In this document: in pieces, positions 21,574 through 32,024 of the stretch
Layout of the letters: every line of letters starts with the position of its first letter
How positions within the stretch are numbered: position 1 is the stretch's first letter
Assembly: GCA_963832165.1 (NCBI GenBank)
Contig: CAWHTE010000004.1
Location: 512,001 to 576,000 of the forward strand
Reading direction: 5' to 3'
Origin: an uncultured delta proteobacterium
GTDB lineage: Bacteria > Myxococcota_A > UBA9160 > SMWR01
DNA: 64,000 nucleotides
Made by a program: the position numbers and the translations under genes
Notes under the pieces: model-generated
What the model was told of the DNA's origin: nothing
Databases searched by the model: none
What the model saw: the letters and a program-made list of their open reading frames with translations, nothing else

Positions 21574-22935
21574 ATGAACATCGACAAGATCCGCGCGCGG
21601 CTCGATCATCCGATCATCGACTCGGACGGCCACCTGATCGAGTACCTGCCCGTCGTGCGGGACATCCTGCGCGAGCAGGCCGGCGACGCGGCCGTGAAGG
21701 GCTTCGACTTCGTGACGTCGGCGGGGCAGTTCATGCGCACGCTCACGCCCGAGCAGATGCGCGCGCAGGCGTTCGTGCGCTCGCCGTGGTGGGGGCTGCC
21801 CGCGCGCAACTCGCTCGACCGCGCGACGGCGCTGCTGCCCGCGCTGCTCGCGGAGCGCCTCGACGAGATCGGCATCGACCACGCCGTCCTCTACCCGACC
21901 TACGGCCTCGTGCCCGTGAACCTCGACGACGGCGATCTGCGCCGCGCGTCCGCGCGCGCGTTCAACACTTTCTATGCCGAGGAGTTCCGCGACCACCGCG
22001 CGAAGCTGACGCCGGTCGGCGTCATCCCGATGCACTCGCCCGAGGAGGCGCTCGCGGAGATCGAGCACGCGACGAGCGTGCTCGGCCTCGACGCGTTCAT
22101 GTTCGGCGGTCCGATCCTGCGCCCCACGCCCGGCGTCGAGCACCGCGCCGGGCGCTGGCTCGACACGCTCGGCGTCGACAGCCTCTACGACTACGACCCG
22201 GTCTGGGCGCGCTGCGCCGAGCTCGACATCTCCCCCACGTTCCACACGCCGTCGATGGGCTGGGCGACCCACTCCTCGCCCACGAGCTACGTCTACAACC
22301 ACATCGGAATGTTTGCGGCGGGCGGCGAGGCGGTGGCGCGCTCGCTGTTCCTGGGCGGCATTCCCCACCGCTTCCCGACGCTGCGCTTCGCGTTCCTCGA
22401 GGGAGGCGTCGCGTGGGGAGCGAGTCTCTACTCGGGGCTCGTCGGGCACTACGAGAAGCGCAACCGCGAGGCCGTGCAGCACTACAACCCGGCCCATCTC
22501 GACCGCAGGGTCCTGATCGAGCTGTTCAGCAAGTACGGCTCCGAGCGCTACCGCGCGCGGCTCGACCAGCTCGAAGACGGCCTGCGCTTCCTGTCCGATC
22601 CCGACGAGACGAACCTCGACGAGTTCGCGCAGTCGGGCGTCGAGAGCGCCGCGGACATCAAGCGGATGTTCACGGAGCGCTTCTACTTCGGCTGCGAGGC
22701 CGACGATCCGCTGACCGCGGTCGCGTTCGACACCGATCGCAATCCGCTCGGCGCGACGCTCAAGCCGATCTTCGCCTCCGACATCGGGCACTGGGACGTG
22801 CCCGACATCCGCGAGGTGCTGCCGGAGGCCTGGGAGCTCGTCGAAGACGGGCACATCGACGAGGCGGCGTTCCGCGCGTTCACGTGCGACAACGCGCTCG
22901 CGCTGTGGCCGCAGTTGCGCAGGCACTTCGATTAG
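21574..22935 (+). CDS. Amidohydrolase family protein
   Basis: RBS GGAGG; IIDSDGHLIE, YDPVWARCAEL, FAFLEGG, FASDIGHWD. Confidence 0.85.
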   Translation: MNIDKIRARLDHPIIDSDGHLIEYLPVVRDILREQAGDAAVKGFDFVTSAGQFMRTLTPEQMRAQAFVRSPWWGLPARNSLDRATALLPALLAERLDEIGIDHAVLYPTYGLVPVNLDDGDLRRASARAFNTFYAEEFRDHRAKLTPVGVIPMHSPEEALAEIEHATSVLGLDAFMFGGPILRPTPGVEHRAGRWLDTLGVDSLYDYDPVWARCAELDISPTFHTPSMGWATHSSPTSYVYNHIGMFAAGGEAVARSLFLGGIPHRFPTLRFAFLEGGVAWGASLYSGLVGHYEKRNREAVQHYNPAHLDRRVLIELFSKYGSERYRARLDQLEDGLRFLSDPDETNLDEFAQSGVESAADIKRMFTERFYFGCEADDPLTAVAFDTDRNPLGATLKPIFASDIGHWDVPDIREVLPEAWELVEDGHIDEAAFRAFTCDNALALWPQLRRHFD

Positions 22936-22943
22936 TAGTTCGC

Positions 22944-23317
22944 GTAGGGCGGGAAAGCGGAGCGCATCCCGCCAGGCAGCGATCGCGACGAGTGCTGCGG
23001 CTGCAACGGCGGGATCCGCCTTCGGCTCCTCCCGCCCTACGTGGGGCGGGATCGGCGAACCACCACCGAGATTCGTAGGGGGATCGGCGAACGTGCGGGG
23101 ACCGAGCGGCATCCACCACCGTAGGGCGGGAGAGCGCAGCGATCCCGCCATCCTCTGGGCAGGCTGTTCGAGTATGGCGGGAAAGCGGAGCGCATCCCGC
23201 CAGGCAGCGATCGCGACGAGTGCTGCGGCTGCAACGGCGGGATCCGCCTTCGGCTCCTCCCGCCCTACGTGGGGCGGGATCGAGATTCGTAGGGCGGGAG
23301 AGCGCAGCGATCCCGCC
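22944..23317. repeat. REP cluster (BIME-like) downstream of RAYT, containing a 107-bp perfect direct repeat
   Basis: REPs at 22944(+), 23008-23040(-), 23121(+), 23172(+, GTAT variant), 23236-23268(-) and 23289(+), plus degenerate starts at 23041 and 23075. 22948-23054 is identical to 23176-23282. Confidence 0.9.
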
Positions 23318-23320
23318 GTT

Positions 23321-23848
23321 TCATTCCATCCCCAGGGTTCGAAGCGCGTCGCTCGCCGACCAGTCCTTCGAATAGGAGCCTCGCTCTACGAAGCGGTGAA
23401 AACTCGAATGAGGCCAATCCAGCGGACGCTTCACGTGACCGTGCTTGACGGGGTTCCAGTGGACATAGTCCGCACAACGTTCGAAGTCCTCTTCGTCGCG
23501 AATCACATGTTCCCAGAAGCGCCGCTGCCAGATGCCTCGCTCCCCCTTGCGCCGCCTTCGCACAGATCGAGGCTCATCGCGAGTCATACGCGCCGAGAAG
23601 CGCGCTTTGATCTCATGCCAGCGCGAAGAGAAGTCCGAGTCCCCCGGTGGCAGCGTCCAGATGCAATGCAGGTGATCTGGAAGGACGACGATCGCGTCGA
23701 TCGTGAACGGCCGTCGCCGCTGTGCGCGCGCGAATACCTCGCGCAGAACACCGATATTTCTCGTCAACAGATCGAGTCGCCGGTCGAGAGCGACCACCGT
23801 GAAAAAGAACGTACCGCCGGGAACGAACGCGCGGATATAGCGGGGCAT
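23321..23848 (-). mobile_element. rayT: REP-associated tyrosine transposase (RAYT/TnpA-REP, Y1 HUH family)
   Basis: MPRYIRAFVPGGTFFFTVV, VVLPDHLHCIW (HUH), GIWQRRFWEHVIRDE, DYVHWNPVKHG (catalytic Tyr), DWPHSSFHR; REPs on both sides. Confidence 0.92.
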
Positions 23849-23982
23849 TGGCCGAGCGTATTTCGACCGGTCTTCGAGAGAAGTCGGAACGCGCTGCGCA
23901 TTCCGCTCATTGGTGGTGGAAAGCGCATTAACTGGCGGCAAGCCGCGCGGTGGGGCTCAAACCAACGTGCCGCGGCCGCAAC

Positions 23983-24015
23983 GGCGGGATCCGCCTTCGG
24001 CTCCTCCCGCCCTAC
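23983..24015 (-). repeat. Single REP upstream of RAYT
   Basis: GGCGGGATCCGCCTTCGGCTCCTCCCGCCCTAC, identical to the copies at 21445, 23008, 23236 and 51244. Confidence 0.85.
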
Positions 24016-24025
24016 GGCAAACAGG

Positions 24026-25153
24026 TCATTTCGCCATGTCGAGGAACTCGGCGAAGCCGTACTTGCGGTACGGCCCCAGGCAGATCTGCTCGAGCACGCC
24101 GACGCCCGTGCGGCCGCCGCAGGTCGCGCGCACGACCTGCTGGATGTGCTGGTTCTCGAGCGCCGTCTCGTCCACGTCGGCGACCTTCCAGCTCTCGGCG
24201 GCGTAGGCGAGCTCGCCCTTCCACTGGCCGTGTCCCCAGGTCGGGTGCGAATAGCCGATCCCCTTCATGCGGAAGCACAGCAGCGGCTCGAGGTCGATCA
24301 CCTGGAGCGCGCCGCTGCGCTCGTGCAGCGTGATCGTGGCATGCTGCGCGCGGCGCGTGCCCGGGATGTAGACGAGCTGCTCCTCGACGCGCGCGAGCGG
24401 CTCGGACGCGGGGTCCTCGACGCCGGGGATCTTCGCGGGGTCTTCGTAGGTGGGCACGAGCATGCCGTCCCAGTGCCAGTGCTCGCCGAACTCGTTCGCG
24501 AAGATGCCCGCGTGCGTGCAGCGGTCCTCCCACTGCAGCGGCGCCCACAGGAAGAAGATCTGCGGCACGCGCGTGGGCGGCGCGCTCGGTGCGGGGCTGC
24601 CGACCGGCCGCACGCCCCACGAGCGGTCCTTGGTGCCGTAGACGCGGCTCGGTTCGATCGCGCAGGTGCGCCCGTCGTAGCGGATCTCGCCCTGCCAGTA
24701 GCCGAACTGGTTGAAGCGCGTGGCCTCCATGCGCATCGTGGCGGTGCCTGCGCCGCCGCTCACCTGATGGCCTTCCTTGAAGTTGGCCGTGCGCGGGATC
24801 CAGAGCAGGTCGCACGAGAAGCCCGTGTCGTTCTCGGCGACGGTGACGCGCAGGCTCTTCATCGGCTCGAGGATCTCGATCCGGAACGGGCCCACCTCGA
24901 CCTCGCTCGGCTCGATCGGCGCGCGGCGCGACGCGTGGAAGGCGTGCTGCTCGCCGCCGCGCACGATCGAGACGCCGCAGTCCATGATGCCCAGGTTCGG
25001 GTACAGCGCCGCGCCCACCCCGAAGTAGAACTCGCCGTCGCGGTCGTAGCCGTTGAACCAGTAGCGGTCGTAATGGTGGCGGTCGGCGCTCACGGGCTGG
25101 CGCAGCGGGTGAGAGGTCTGGTGGATCGGGTAGTCGTCGAACTTGGAGAGCAT
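24026..25153 (-). CDS. Conserved hypothetical beta-rich protein
   Basis: MLSKFDDYPIHQT...YDRYWFNG...YPNLGIMD...KDRSWGVRPVG; good coding signal. Confidence 0.7.
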   Translation of the reverse strand: MLSKFDDYPIHQTSHPLRQPVSADRHHYDRYWFNGYDRDGEFYFGVGAALYPNLGIMDCGVSIVRGGEQHAFHASRRAPIEPSEVEVGPFRIEILEPMKSLRVTVAENDTGFSCDLLWIPRTANFKEGHQVSGGAGTATMRMEATRFNQFGYWQGEIRYDGRTCAIEPSRVYGTKDRSWGVRPVGSPAPSAPPTRVPQIFFLWAPLQWEDRCTHAGIFANEFGEHWHWDGMLVPTYEDPAKIPGVEDPASEPLARVEEQLVYIPGTRRAQHATITLHERSGALQVIDLEPLLCFRMKGIGYSHPTWGHGQWKGELAYAAESWKVADVDETALENQHIQQVVRATCGGRTGVGVLEQICLGPYRKYGFAEFLDMAK

Positions 25154-25258
25154 GGGGGGTAGGTGCCTCTCTGTAAGGGACTCCACTATACGGGAATCGC
25201 GCAGCTCGAGCCGTGTTCGCGCGCGTGCAACGTGCGCTAGGGTGGCGGTGGGTGGAGA

Positions 25259-26386
25259 GTGGCGCGGATCGTTCCCGAACAGTGGCTGCCCTGGGTGCGC
25301 GTAGCGGCCGTGCCGCTCACGGTCGCAGCTGCGAGCGCGCTCCACTTCGCGTCCGGGTCTGCCGTGATTGGCGAGCGACCCTATCTCGCGCTGTTCCTCG
25401 GCGTGCTGTTCACGGCCTGGTTCGGCGGGATCGGCCCGGCGCTCTTCGCGGCGTTGCTCTCCGCGCCGATGGGATTCTTCGTGCTGTACCCGGCCTCCGG
25501 GGGCGACGCGCCGTTCTTCTCGCTGACGATGTTCGTGGTGTTCTCGATCGTGCTCGCGGCAGCGCTCGACTCGTGGCGGCGCGCGCTGGATCGCGCGAGC
25601 GCTGCGCTCGTGCAGCAGCGCGCTCACGAGCGCGAGCTCCAGGCGGCGAAGGACGCGGCCGAGATCGCGAACCGCGCGAAGAGCCGTTTCTTCGCCACCT
25701 TGAGCCACGAGATCCGCACGCCCATGAATGCCGTGATCGGGATGTCGAGCGTGCTGCTCGACACGCAGCTCTCGTCCGAGCAGCGCGAGCTCGCACAGAC
25801 GATCCGCGGCTCGAGCGAGTCGCTGCTCACGCTGCTCAACGACGTGCTCGACTTCTCGAAGATCGAATCGGGCCGGCTCGAGCTCGAGAGCCAGCCGCTC
25901 GTGCTGCGCGAGTGTGTGGGGTCGGTGTTCGACCTGCTCCGCTCGGACGCCGCGCGCAAAGGGATCGAGCTTCACCATTCGATCGAGGGATCGGTTCCCG
26001 AAGCGATCACGGGCGACGCGACGCGGCTCCGGCAGATCCTCGTGAACCTGATCGGCAACGCGATCAAGTTCACCCCGCGCGGCGAGATCGCGCTCTCGGT
26101 GGCCTCCCGCGCGCTCGGAGAGCCGGGGTCGTTCGAGCTGCGCTTTGCGGTTCGCGACACCGGCATCGGCGTCCCGCTCGAGCGGCGCGGCGAGCTGTTC
26201 CAGTCGTTCACCCAGCTCGACGTGTCGAGCGAGCGGCGCGCGAGTGGCACCGGGCTCGGCCTCGCGATCTCGCGCGCGCTCGCCGAGGCGATGGGCGGGA
26301 CGATCTGGGTCGAGAGCGAGGGCGTCCCGGGCCGCGGCTCGACGTTCTACTTCACGATCCGAACGCGCGTCGGAACGGATCCGTGA
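25259..26386 (+). CDS. Membrane sensor histidine kinase (HisKA + HATPase)
   Basis: N-terminal TM helices; [12 protein letters not shown] (H box), [21 protein letters not shown]. Confidence 0.88.
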   Translation: MARIVPEQWLPWVRVAAVPLTVAAASALHFASGSAVIGERPYLALFLGVLFTAWFGGIGPALFAALLSAPMGFFVLYPASGGDAPFFSLTMFVVFSIVLAAALDSWRRALDRASAALVQQRAHERELQAAKDAAEIANRAKSRFFATLSHEIRTPMNAVIGMSSVLLDTQLSSEQRELAQTIRGSSESLLTLLNDVLDFSKIESGRLELESQPLVLRECVGSVFDLLRSDAARKGIELHHSIEGSVPEAITGDATRLRQILVNLIGNAIKFTPRGEIALSVASRALGEPGSFELRFAVRDTGIGVPLERRGELFQSFTQLDVSSERRASGTGLGLAISRALAEAMGGTIWVESEGVPGRGSTFYFTIRTRVGTDP

Positions 26387-26808
26387 GCGCGCCGACGAGC
26401 GCGCAGGCCGGGTCGGAGTTCGACGCGAGGCTCGCGCAACGGCGGCCACTGCGGATTCTCGTGGTCGAGGACAACGCCACCAACCAGCGCGTCGTGCAGC
26501 TGCTGCTGCAGCGCATGGGATACAAGCCGGACCTGGCCGGGAACGGCCGCGAGGCGGTCGAGGCGGTCGCGAACCAAACCTACGACCTCGTGCTCATGGA
26601 CATCGAGATGCCGGAGATGGACGGCGTCGAGGCGACGCGCCAGATCCGCGCGAGGGTGCCCCGCGACGCCCAGCCGCGGATCGTGGGAGTGACCGCGAAC
26701 GCCGCGCACGAAGACCGCGTGGCCTATCTGGCTGCGGGTATGGACGAGTGTCTCGCGAAGCCGATCCGGACCGCGGAGCTGCGCGCGGAGCTCGAGCGCG
26801 ACCTCTAG
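26383..26808 (+). CDS. Receiver domain (a separate gene via GTGA overlap, or the frameshifted C-terminus of a hybrid kinase)
   Basis: [31 protein letters not shown]. Confidence 0.8.
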   Translation: MSAPTSAQAGSEFDARLAQRRPLRILVVEDNATNQRVVQLLLQRMGYKPDLAGNGREAVEAVANQTYDLVLMDIEMPEMDGVEATRQIRARVPRDAQPRIVGVTANAAHEDRVAYLAAGMDECLAKPIRTAELRAELERDL

Positions 26809-26817
26809 CGCGCGTGC

Positions 26818-27600
26818 TCACGGGTGCTGATTGCTGACGGCCACCACCTCGCCGGTCATGTACGACGCGTAGTCGCTCGCGAGGAAGACCATCACGTTGG
26901 CGATCTCCCAGGGCTCGGCCGCGCGCCCGAACGCCTCGCGCCCCACCAGCTCTTCGAGCAGGCCGTCGGGGGTGACCTTCGAGAGGAACTCGTGCATCGC
27001 GAGGCTCGGCGACACCGCGTTCACGCGCACGCCGGCCTCGGCGGCCTCGAGCGCCACGCAGCGCGTGAACGCCATCACGCCGGCCTTGGCCGCGGCGTAG
27101 TGCGCCTGTCCCTTCTGTGCGCGCCAACCCAGTACCGATGCATTGTTCACGATCGCGCCGCGCCGCCGCTCGAGCATGTGCGGCAGCACCGCGCGGGTCA
27201 TCCGGAACACCGACGTGAGCGTGACGTCGAGCACCTTGGACCACTGCTCGTCGGTCATCTCCACCACGGGCGCGAACCCGCCGAGACCCGCGTTGTTGAT
27301 CAGCACGTCGATGTGACCCAGCGCGGCGATCGCGCCTGCGATCAGCGCCTGCACCTGGCCCTCGTCGGTGACGTCGCAGCGCAGCGCGAGCGGGGTGGTG
27401 CCGTTCACCGAAGCGAGCGCTTCGCTCGCTTCGGAAAGCCGCCGTTCGTGCTGATCACTGATCAACACGAGGGCTCCTTCCTCGAGGCACCGTTTGGCCG
27501 CCGCGAACCCGATTCCAGTACCGGCCGCCGCCGTGACCACCACGGTCTTGCCCTGGAGCAGAGCGTGACCGAACGGTGCGATCGGAGGCGGGGAGGGCAT
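26818..27600 (-). CDS. ipdF: SDR oxidoreductase, IpdF-like (5-oxo-HIP-CoA reductase, Rv3559c family)
   Basis: GHALLQGKTVVVTAAAGTGIG, NNASVLGWRAQ..Q.HYAAAKAG, EAFGRAAEPWE and the C-terminus EVVAVSNQHP match the recalled Rv3559c sequence; synteny. Confidence 0.8.
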   Translation of the reverse strand: MPSPPPIAPFGHALLQGKTVVVTAAAGTGIGFAAAKRCLEEGALVLISDQHERRLSEASEALASVNGTTPLALRCDVTDEGQVQALIAGAIAALGHIDVLINNAGLGGFAPVVEMTDEQWSKVLDVTLTSVFRMTRAVLPHMLERRRGAIVNNASVLGWRAQKGQAHYAAAKAGVMAFTRCVALEAAEAGVRVNAVSPSLAMHEFLSKVTPDGLLEELVGREAFGRAAEPWEIANVMVFLASDYASYMTGEVVAVSNQHP

Positions 27601-27601
27601 G

Positions 27602-28789
27602 TCAGCTCGGCCGCGGCTCGCGCGGAAGGCCGAGCGCGCGTTCGGCGATGATGTTGCGCTGGATCTCGTTCGAGCCGGCGTAGATCGTCTCGGCGCGCGT
27701 GAACAGGAACAGCCGCTGCAGCGCGCCGAGCTGGTACGGGAACCCCTCGCCGATCTCCGCTTCGGGTCCGAGCACGTCCATCGCGAGCTTGCCGAGATTG
27801 CGGTGCCAGGTGGCCCAGTAGATCTTCGTGACGAGCGCGGCGGGAGGCAGCTCGCCGTCGGTGCGCGTGTCGGACAGAATGCGCAGCGCGTTGTAGCGCA
27901 TGATCTCGAGCCCGATCCACGCGTCGGCGAGGCGCTGGCGCAGCAGCGGATCCTGCGCCGCGCCGTTGCGCACCGCGATCGCGATGATCTCGGCGAGCTC
28001 GTTCTGGAACAGGATGTTCTGGCCCAGCGTCGAGGCACCGCGCTCGAATGCGAGCGTGCCGTTGGCGACGCGCCAGCCATCGCCGGGCTCGCCGACGATG
28101 TTCGCGGCGTCCGTGCGCGCGCCATCGAAGAACGTCTCGGAGAACTCGGCGGTGCCCGTGATCTGCGGAATCGGCCGGATCTCGACCCCCTTCTGCTTCA
28201 TCGGCACGAGCAGATAGGAGAGGCCGCGGTGCTTGGGTGCGCTGGGATCGGTGCGGCACAGCACGAAGCACCAGTGGGACCACTCGGACCACGACGTCCA
28301 CACCTTCTGCCCGTCGACCACCCACTCGCCACCTTCGAGCCGCGCGCGCGTCTGCACGTTCGCGAGATCGCTGCCCGCGTTCGGCTCGGAATAACCCTGG
28401 CACCAGAGCTCCTCGCCCGAGAGGATCTTCGGCAGGAAGCGACGCTTCTGCGCGTCGCTGCCGAACGCGATCAGCGTCGGGCCGAGCAGGTTCTCGCCGA
28501 TGTGCCCGATCCGGCCCGGCGCGCGCGCGCGCGCGTACTCCTCGTGAAAGATCACCTGGCGCGCGAGGCTCGCGCCCTTTCCGCCCACCTCGACCGGCCA
28601 GCCCAGCCCGATCCAGCCCGCTTCGCCGAGCCGCCGCTCCCAGGCGAGCCGCTCGTCGATGCACGCGGTCTCGTCGCCGGGACCGCCGCGGCCGCGCGCT
28701 ACCGCGAATGCGCCCGAGAGCTCGGCGCCGAGCCAGTCGGCCACCTCGCGGCGGAACGCCTCGTCGGCGGGGTCGAAGCGCAGATGCAC
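27602..28789 (-). CDS. ipdE1: Acyl-CoA dehydrogenase IpdE1/FadE30-like
   Basis: GTG start; GRGGPG, ELWCQGYSEPNAGSDLA, QITGTAEF, FERGASTLGQ, WHRNLG, LFTRAETIYAGSNEIQRNIIAERALGLPRE. Confidence 0.8.
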   Translation of the reverse strand: MHLRFDPADEAFRREVADWLGAELSGAFAVARGRGGPGDETACIDERLAWERRLGEAGWIGLGWPVEVGGKGASLARQVIFHEEYARARAPGRIGHIGENLLGPTLIAFGSDAQKRRFLPKILSGEELWCQGYSEPNAGSDLANVQTRARLEGGEWVVDGQKVWTSWSEWSHWCFVLCRTDPSAPKHRGLSYLLVPMKQKGVEIRPIPQITGTAEFSETFFDGARTDAANIVGEPGDGWRVANGTLAFERGASTLGQNILFQNELAEIIAIAVRNGAAQDPLLRQRLADAWIGLEIMRYNALRILSDTRTDGELPPAALVTKIYWATWHRNLGKLAMDVLGPEAEIGEGFPYQLGALQRLFLFTRAETIYAGSNEIQRNIIAERALGLPREPRPS

Positions 28790-28812
28790 GGAAGATCCTC
28801 GGCGAAAAATTA

Positions 28813-28829
28813 CGATACGCTTCGGCTCG
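28813..28829. promoter_or_regulatory. Candidate TetR operator CGATAC-N5-GGCTCG in the ipdE1/fadD3 divergent promoter
   Basis: Imperfect inverted repeat matching the site at 32629-32645. Confidence 0.55.
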
Positions 28830-28854
28830 ATAGCAACCAACCCGGGGAAGCGCC

Positions 28855-30437
28855 ATGAGCGATCCGGCCAGCGAACGAACACTGCCGCGGATGGTGGCCG
28901 CCGCAGTCGCGCGCTACGGCCCGCGTCCCGCGATCGAAGATGGCGACGTGCGGCTCACGTTCGACGAGCTCGACGCAGCGGGCTGGGCCGCCGCGCGCGC
29001 ATTCCTCGCCGAGGGCATCGCGCCGGGCGATCGCGTCGCGATCTGGGCGCCCAACGTCGCGGAGTGGGTGATCGCGGCGATCGGCGCGCAGCGCATCGGC
29101 GCGGTGCTGGTTCCGATCAGTACGCGCAACAAGGGTGCCGAGACCGCCTACGTGCTGCGGCAAGAGCGGCGCGCGCGCGCTGTGCACGATCGCGGGCTTC
29201 CTCGACACGGACTACGTCGGCATGCTCGCGGGCCACGATCTGCCCGCGCTCGAGCGGATCATCACGCTGCGCGGCGAGGCGCCCGGTGCGCAGCAGTGGC
29301 GCGAGTTCCTCGCCGGAGGCGAGCGTGTGCAGGAGGCGAGGGCGCGCGAGCTCGCCGACGCCGTGCGGCCGAACGATCTCGCCGACATGCTGTTCACGTC
29401 GGGCACCACGGGCAAGCCCGAAGGGCGTGCTCTGCGAGCACGGTCAGAACCTCGCGGCGTTCGAAGTGTGGTCGGGATGGGTCGGCGTGCGCGAGGGCGA
29501 TCGCTATCTCGTGGTGGCGCCGTTCTTCCATTCGTTCGGCTACAAGGCGGGCTGGCTCTCGGCGATCATGCGCGGCGCGACGATCTACCCGCACCCGGTG
29601 TTCGACGCGGAGCAGGTGTTGCAGCGGATCGAGCGCGAGCGGATCACGGTGCTGCCGGGCCCGCCCACGATCTACCAGTCGCTGCTCGCGGTGCCGGACC
29701 GGCGCAAGTACGACCTGTCGTCGCTGCGGCTCGCCGTGACCGGCGCCGCGGCGATCCCGGTCGAGCTCGTCCACCGGATGAAGGACGATCTCGGCTTCGA
29801 GACCGTGCTGACCGCGTACGGGCTCACGGAGTCGTGCGGCGTCGTCTCGGTGTGCGATCCGAGCGACGACGCCGAGACGATCGCCACCACCTCGGGCAAG
29901 GCGATCCCGGGTACCGAGGTGCGCTGCGTCGATCCCGACGGCAAGGAGGTGCCGCGCGGCCAGCCCGGCGAGATCTGGGTGCGCGGCTACAACGTGATGC
30001 GCGGCTACTTCGACGCGGAGGAGCAGACGCGCGAGGCGATCGACGCCGAGGGCTGGCTCCACACCGGCGACGTCGGCGTGATGGACGAGCGCGGCTACCT
30101 GCGGATCACGGACCGGATCAAGGACATGTTCATCGTGGGCGGGTTCAACTGCTATCCGGCCGAGATCGAGAACCTGATGTTCGCGCACGAGGCGATCGCG
30201 CAGGTGGCCGTGATCGGAGTCCCCGACGAGCGCATGGGCGAAGTGGGGATGGCGTTCGTGGTGGCGGCGCCCGGGCACGCGCTCACGGCCGAATCGCTCA
30301 GGGCCTGGTGCCGCGATGCGATGGCGAACTACAAGGTGCCGCGCACGATCGAGATCGTGCCTGCGCTGCCCGTGAACGCCGCGGGCAAGGTCGACAAGGT
30401 GGAGCTGCGCCGGCGCGCGGCCGAGAGCCGCGGGTGA
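28855..30437 (+). CDS. fadD3: FadD3-like acyl-CoA ligase (HIP-CoA synthetase), frameshifts near 29160 and 29418
   Basis: MLFTSGTTGKPKG, PFFHSFGYKAGW, TAYGLTE, DDAETIATTSGKAIPG, KDMFIVGGFNCYPAEIE; divergent from ipdE1/ipdF. Confidence 0.75.
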
Positions 30438-31984
30438 ATAGGGAAGCGGGGATCTGGCAGCTCGTCGAGCAGCGCGCGGCCGCGACGCCGGACGCGCTGT
30501 TCGCGGTCGACGAGCGCGACCGCTCGCTCACGTTCGCGGCCTATCGCGACCGCGCGCTGCGCGTGGCGGCCGCGCTGCACGCGCGAGGGATCGCATCCGA
30601 CACGCCCGTGTCGTGGATGCTGCCCACCACGCTCGAGGCGCTCGTGCTCGCGGGTGCGCTCGCGCGGCTCGGCGCGGTGCAGAACCCGATCCTGCCGATC
30701 TACCGCGAGCGCGAGACGCGCTTCATCACGAAGCAGACGCGCGCGCGCCTGTTGTGCGTGCCCTCGGTGTTTCGCGGCTTCGACTACCCCGCGCTCGCGC
30801 AACAGCTCGCGTCGGAGCGCGGCGGCGGTCTCGACGTGCTGATCGTCGACGGATCGCTGCCCGAAGCGGATCCGGGCGCGCTGCCGCCGCCGCCCGCCGC
30901 GGCGGCGCCCGCGGACGCGCCCGTGCGGTGGATCCTGTTCTCGTCGGGAACGACCTCCGACCCGAAGGGCGCGCTCCACACCGACGCGAGCCTGATCGCG
31001 AGCTTCCGCGGGCTCGTGCGCGTGCTCGAGCTCACTCCCGAAGACCGACACGCATTCGTGTTTCCGCTCACGCACGTGGGCGGCATCGGGTGGTGGATCG
31101 CGGGACTGCTCGCGGGCTTCGCGCACATCGCGGTGGCGATCTTCGATCCGAAGCGAACGGTCGAGGTGCTCGCGCGCCATGGCGTGACCCAGGCGGGTGC
31201 GGGCACCGTCTTCCATCAGGCCTATCTCGCCGCGCAGCGCGAGCAGCCGGGCCGGCCGATCTTTCCGCGCGTGCGGGCATTCCCGGGCGGCGGCGCGCCG
31301 AAGGCGCCGCAGCTGCACTACGACGTGAAGCGCGAGCTCGGCGGGGTCGGGATCGTCTCGGGCTACGGGCTCACCGAATGCCCGATCGTCGCGATGAACA
31401 GCGTGCGCGATCCGGACGAGAGGCTCGCGAACAGCGAGGGCAGGGCGAATCCGCCCGAGCTCGAGATCCGCGTGGTGCGCCTCGACGGCGGTCGCGCCGC
31501 GCCGGGCGAGGAGGGCGAGCTGCGCGTGCGCGGCCCGCAGCTGTGCCGCGGCTACCTCGATGCGAGCCTCGACGCCGCCGCGTTCGACGAGGACGGCTTC
31601 TTCCGCACGGGCGATCTCGGCCGGCTCGACGACGGCTACGTCGTGATCACGGGCCGCACCAAGGACGTGATCATCCGCAAGGGCGAGAACATCAGCGCGA
31701 AAGAGATCGAGGACCTGCTCTACACGCATCCGAAGGTCGCGGACGCCGCGGTGATCGGATTGCCCGACCCGGCGCTCGGCGAGCGCTGCTGCGCCGTGGT
31801 CGCGTGCAAGGGCGATCCGCTCGGCTTCGAGGAAATGGTCGAATTCCTGAGCTCCAAGCAGCTGATGCGCCAGAAGATTCCCGAGCAGCTCGAGGTCGTG
31901 GCCGAGGTGCCGCGCAACGCCGCGGGCAAGATCCAGAAGCAGCTGCTGCGGGAGCAGCTCGCGCAGGCGTCGCGGCACGCCTGA
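30434..31984 (+). CDS. AMP-binding acyl-CoA synthetase (cyclohexanecarboxylate-CoA ligase-like)
   Basis: GTGA overlap with fadD3; FSSGTTSDPKG, GYGLTECP, FFRTGDLG, RKGENISAKEIE, AGKIQK. Confidence 0.85.
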   Translation: MNREAGIWQLVEQRAAATPDALFAVDERDRSLTFAAYRDRALRVAAALHARGIASDTPVSWMLPTTLEALVLAGALARLGAVQNPILPIYRERETRFITKQTRARLLCVPSVFRGFDYPALAQQLASERGGGLDVLIVDGSLPEADPGALPPPPAAAAPADAPVRWILFSSGTTSDPKGALHTDASLIASFRGLVRVLELTPEDRHAFVFPLTHVGGIGWWIAGLLAGFAHIAVAIFDPKRTVEVLARHGVTQAGAGTVFHQAYLAAQREQPGRPIFPRVRAFPGGGAPKAPQLHYDVKRELGGVGIVSGYGLTECPIVAMNSVRDPDERLANSEGRANPPELEIRVVRLDGGRAAPGEEGELRVRGPQLCRGYLDASLDAAAFDEDGFFRTGDLGRLDDGYVVITGRTKDVIIRKGENISAKEIEDLLYTHPKVADAAVIGLPDPALGERCCAVVACKGDPLGFEEMVEFLSSKQLMRQKIPEQLEVVAEVPRNAAGKIQKQLLREQLAQASRHA

Positions 31985-31985
31985 C

Positions 31986-32024
31986 GGCGGGATCCGCTCG
32001 CTTTGCTCGCTCCTCCCGCCCTAC
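31986..32024 (-). repeat. Single REP between convergent genes
   Basis: GGCGGGATCCGCTCGCTTTGCTCGCTCCTCCCGCCCTAC. Confidence 0.8.

Noticed and set aside
20094..23078. 994-aa ORF and other apparent fusions (24026..26449, 29135..31984, 37319..40093, 46044..49229, 48215..51202)
   Set aside because: Products of frameshifts or stop-poor frames running across separate genes that have their own starts
22944..23317. CRISPR array
   Set aside because: Repeats alternate in orientation, spacers are duplicated and irregular, and there are no cas genes; the pattern fits REP/BIME next to a RAYT
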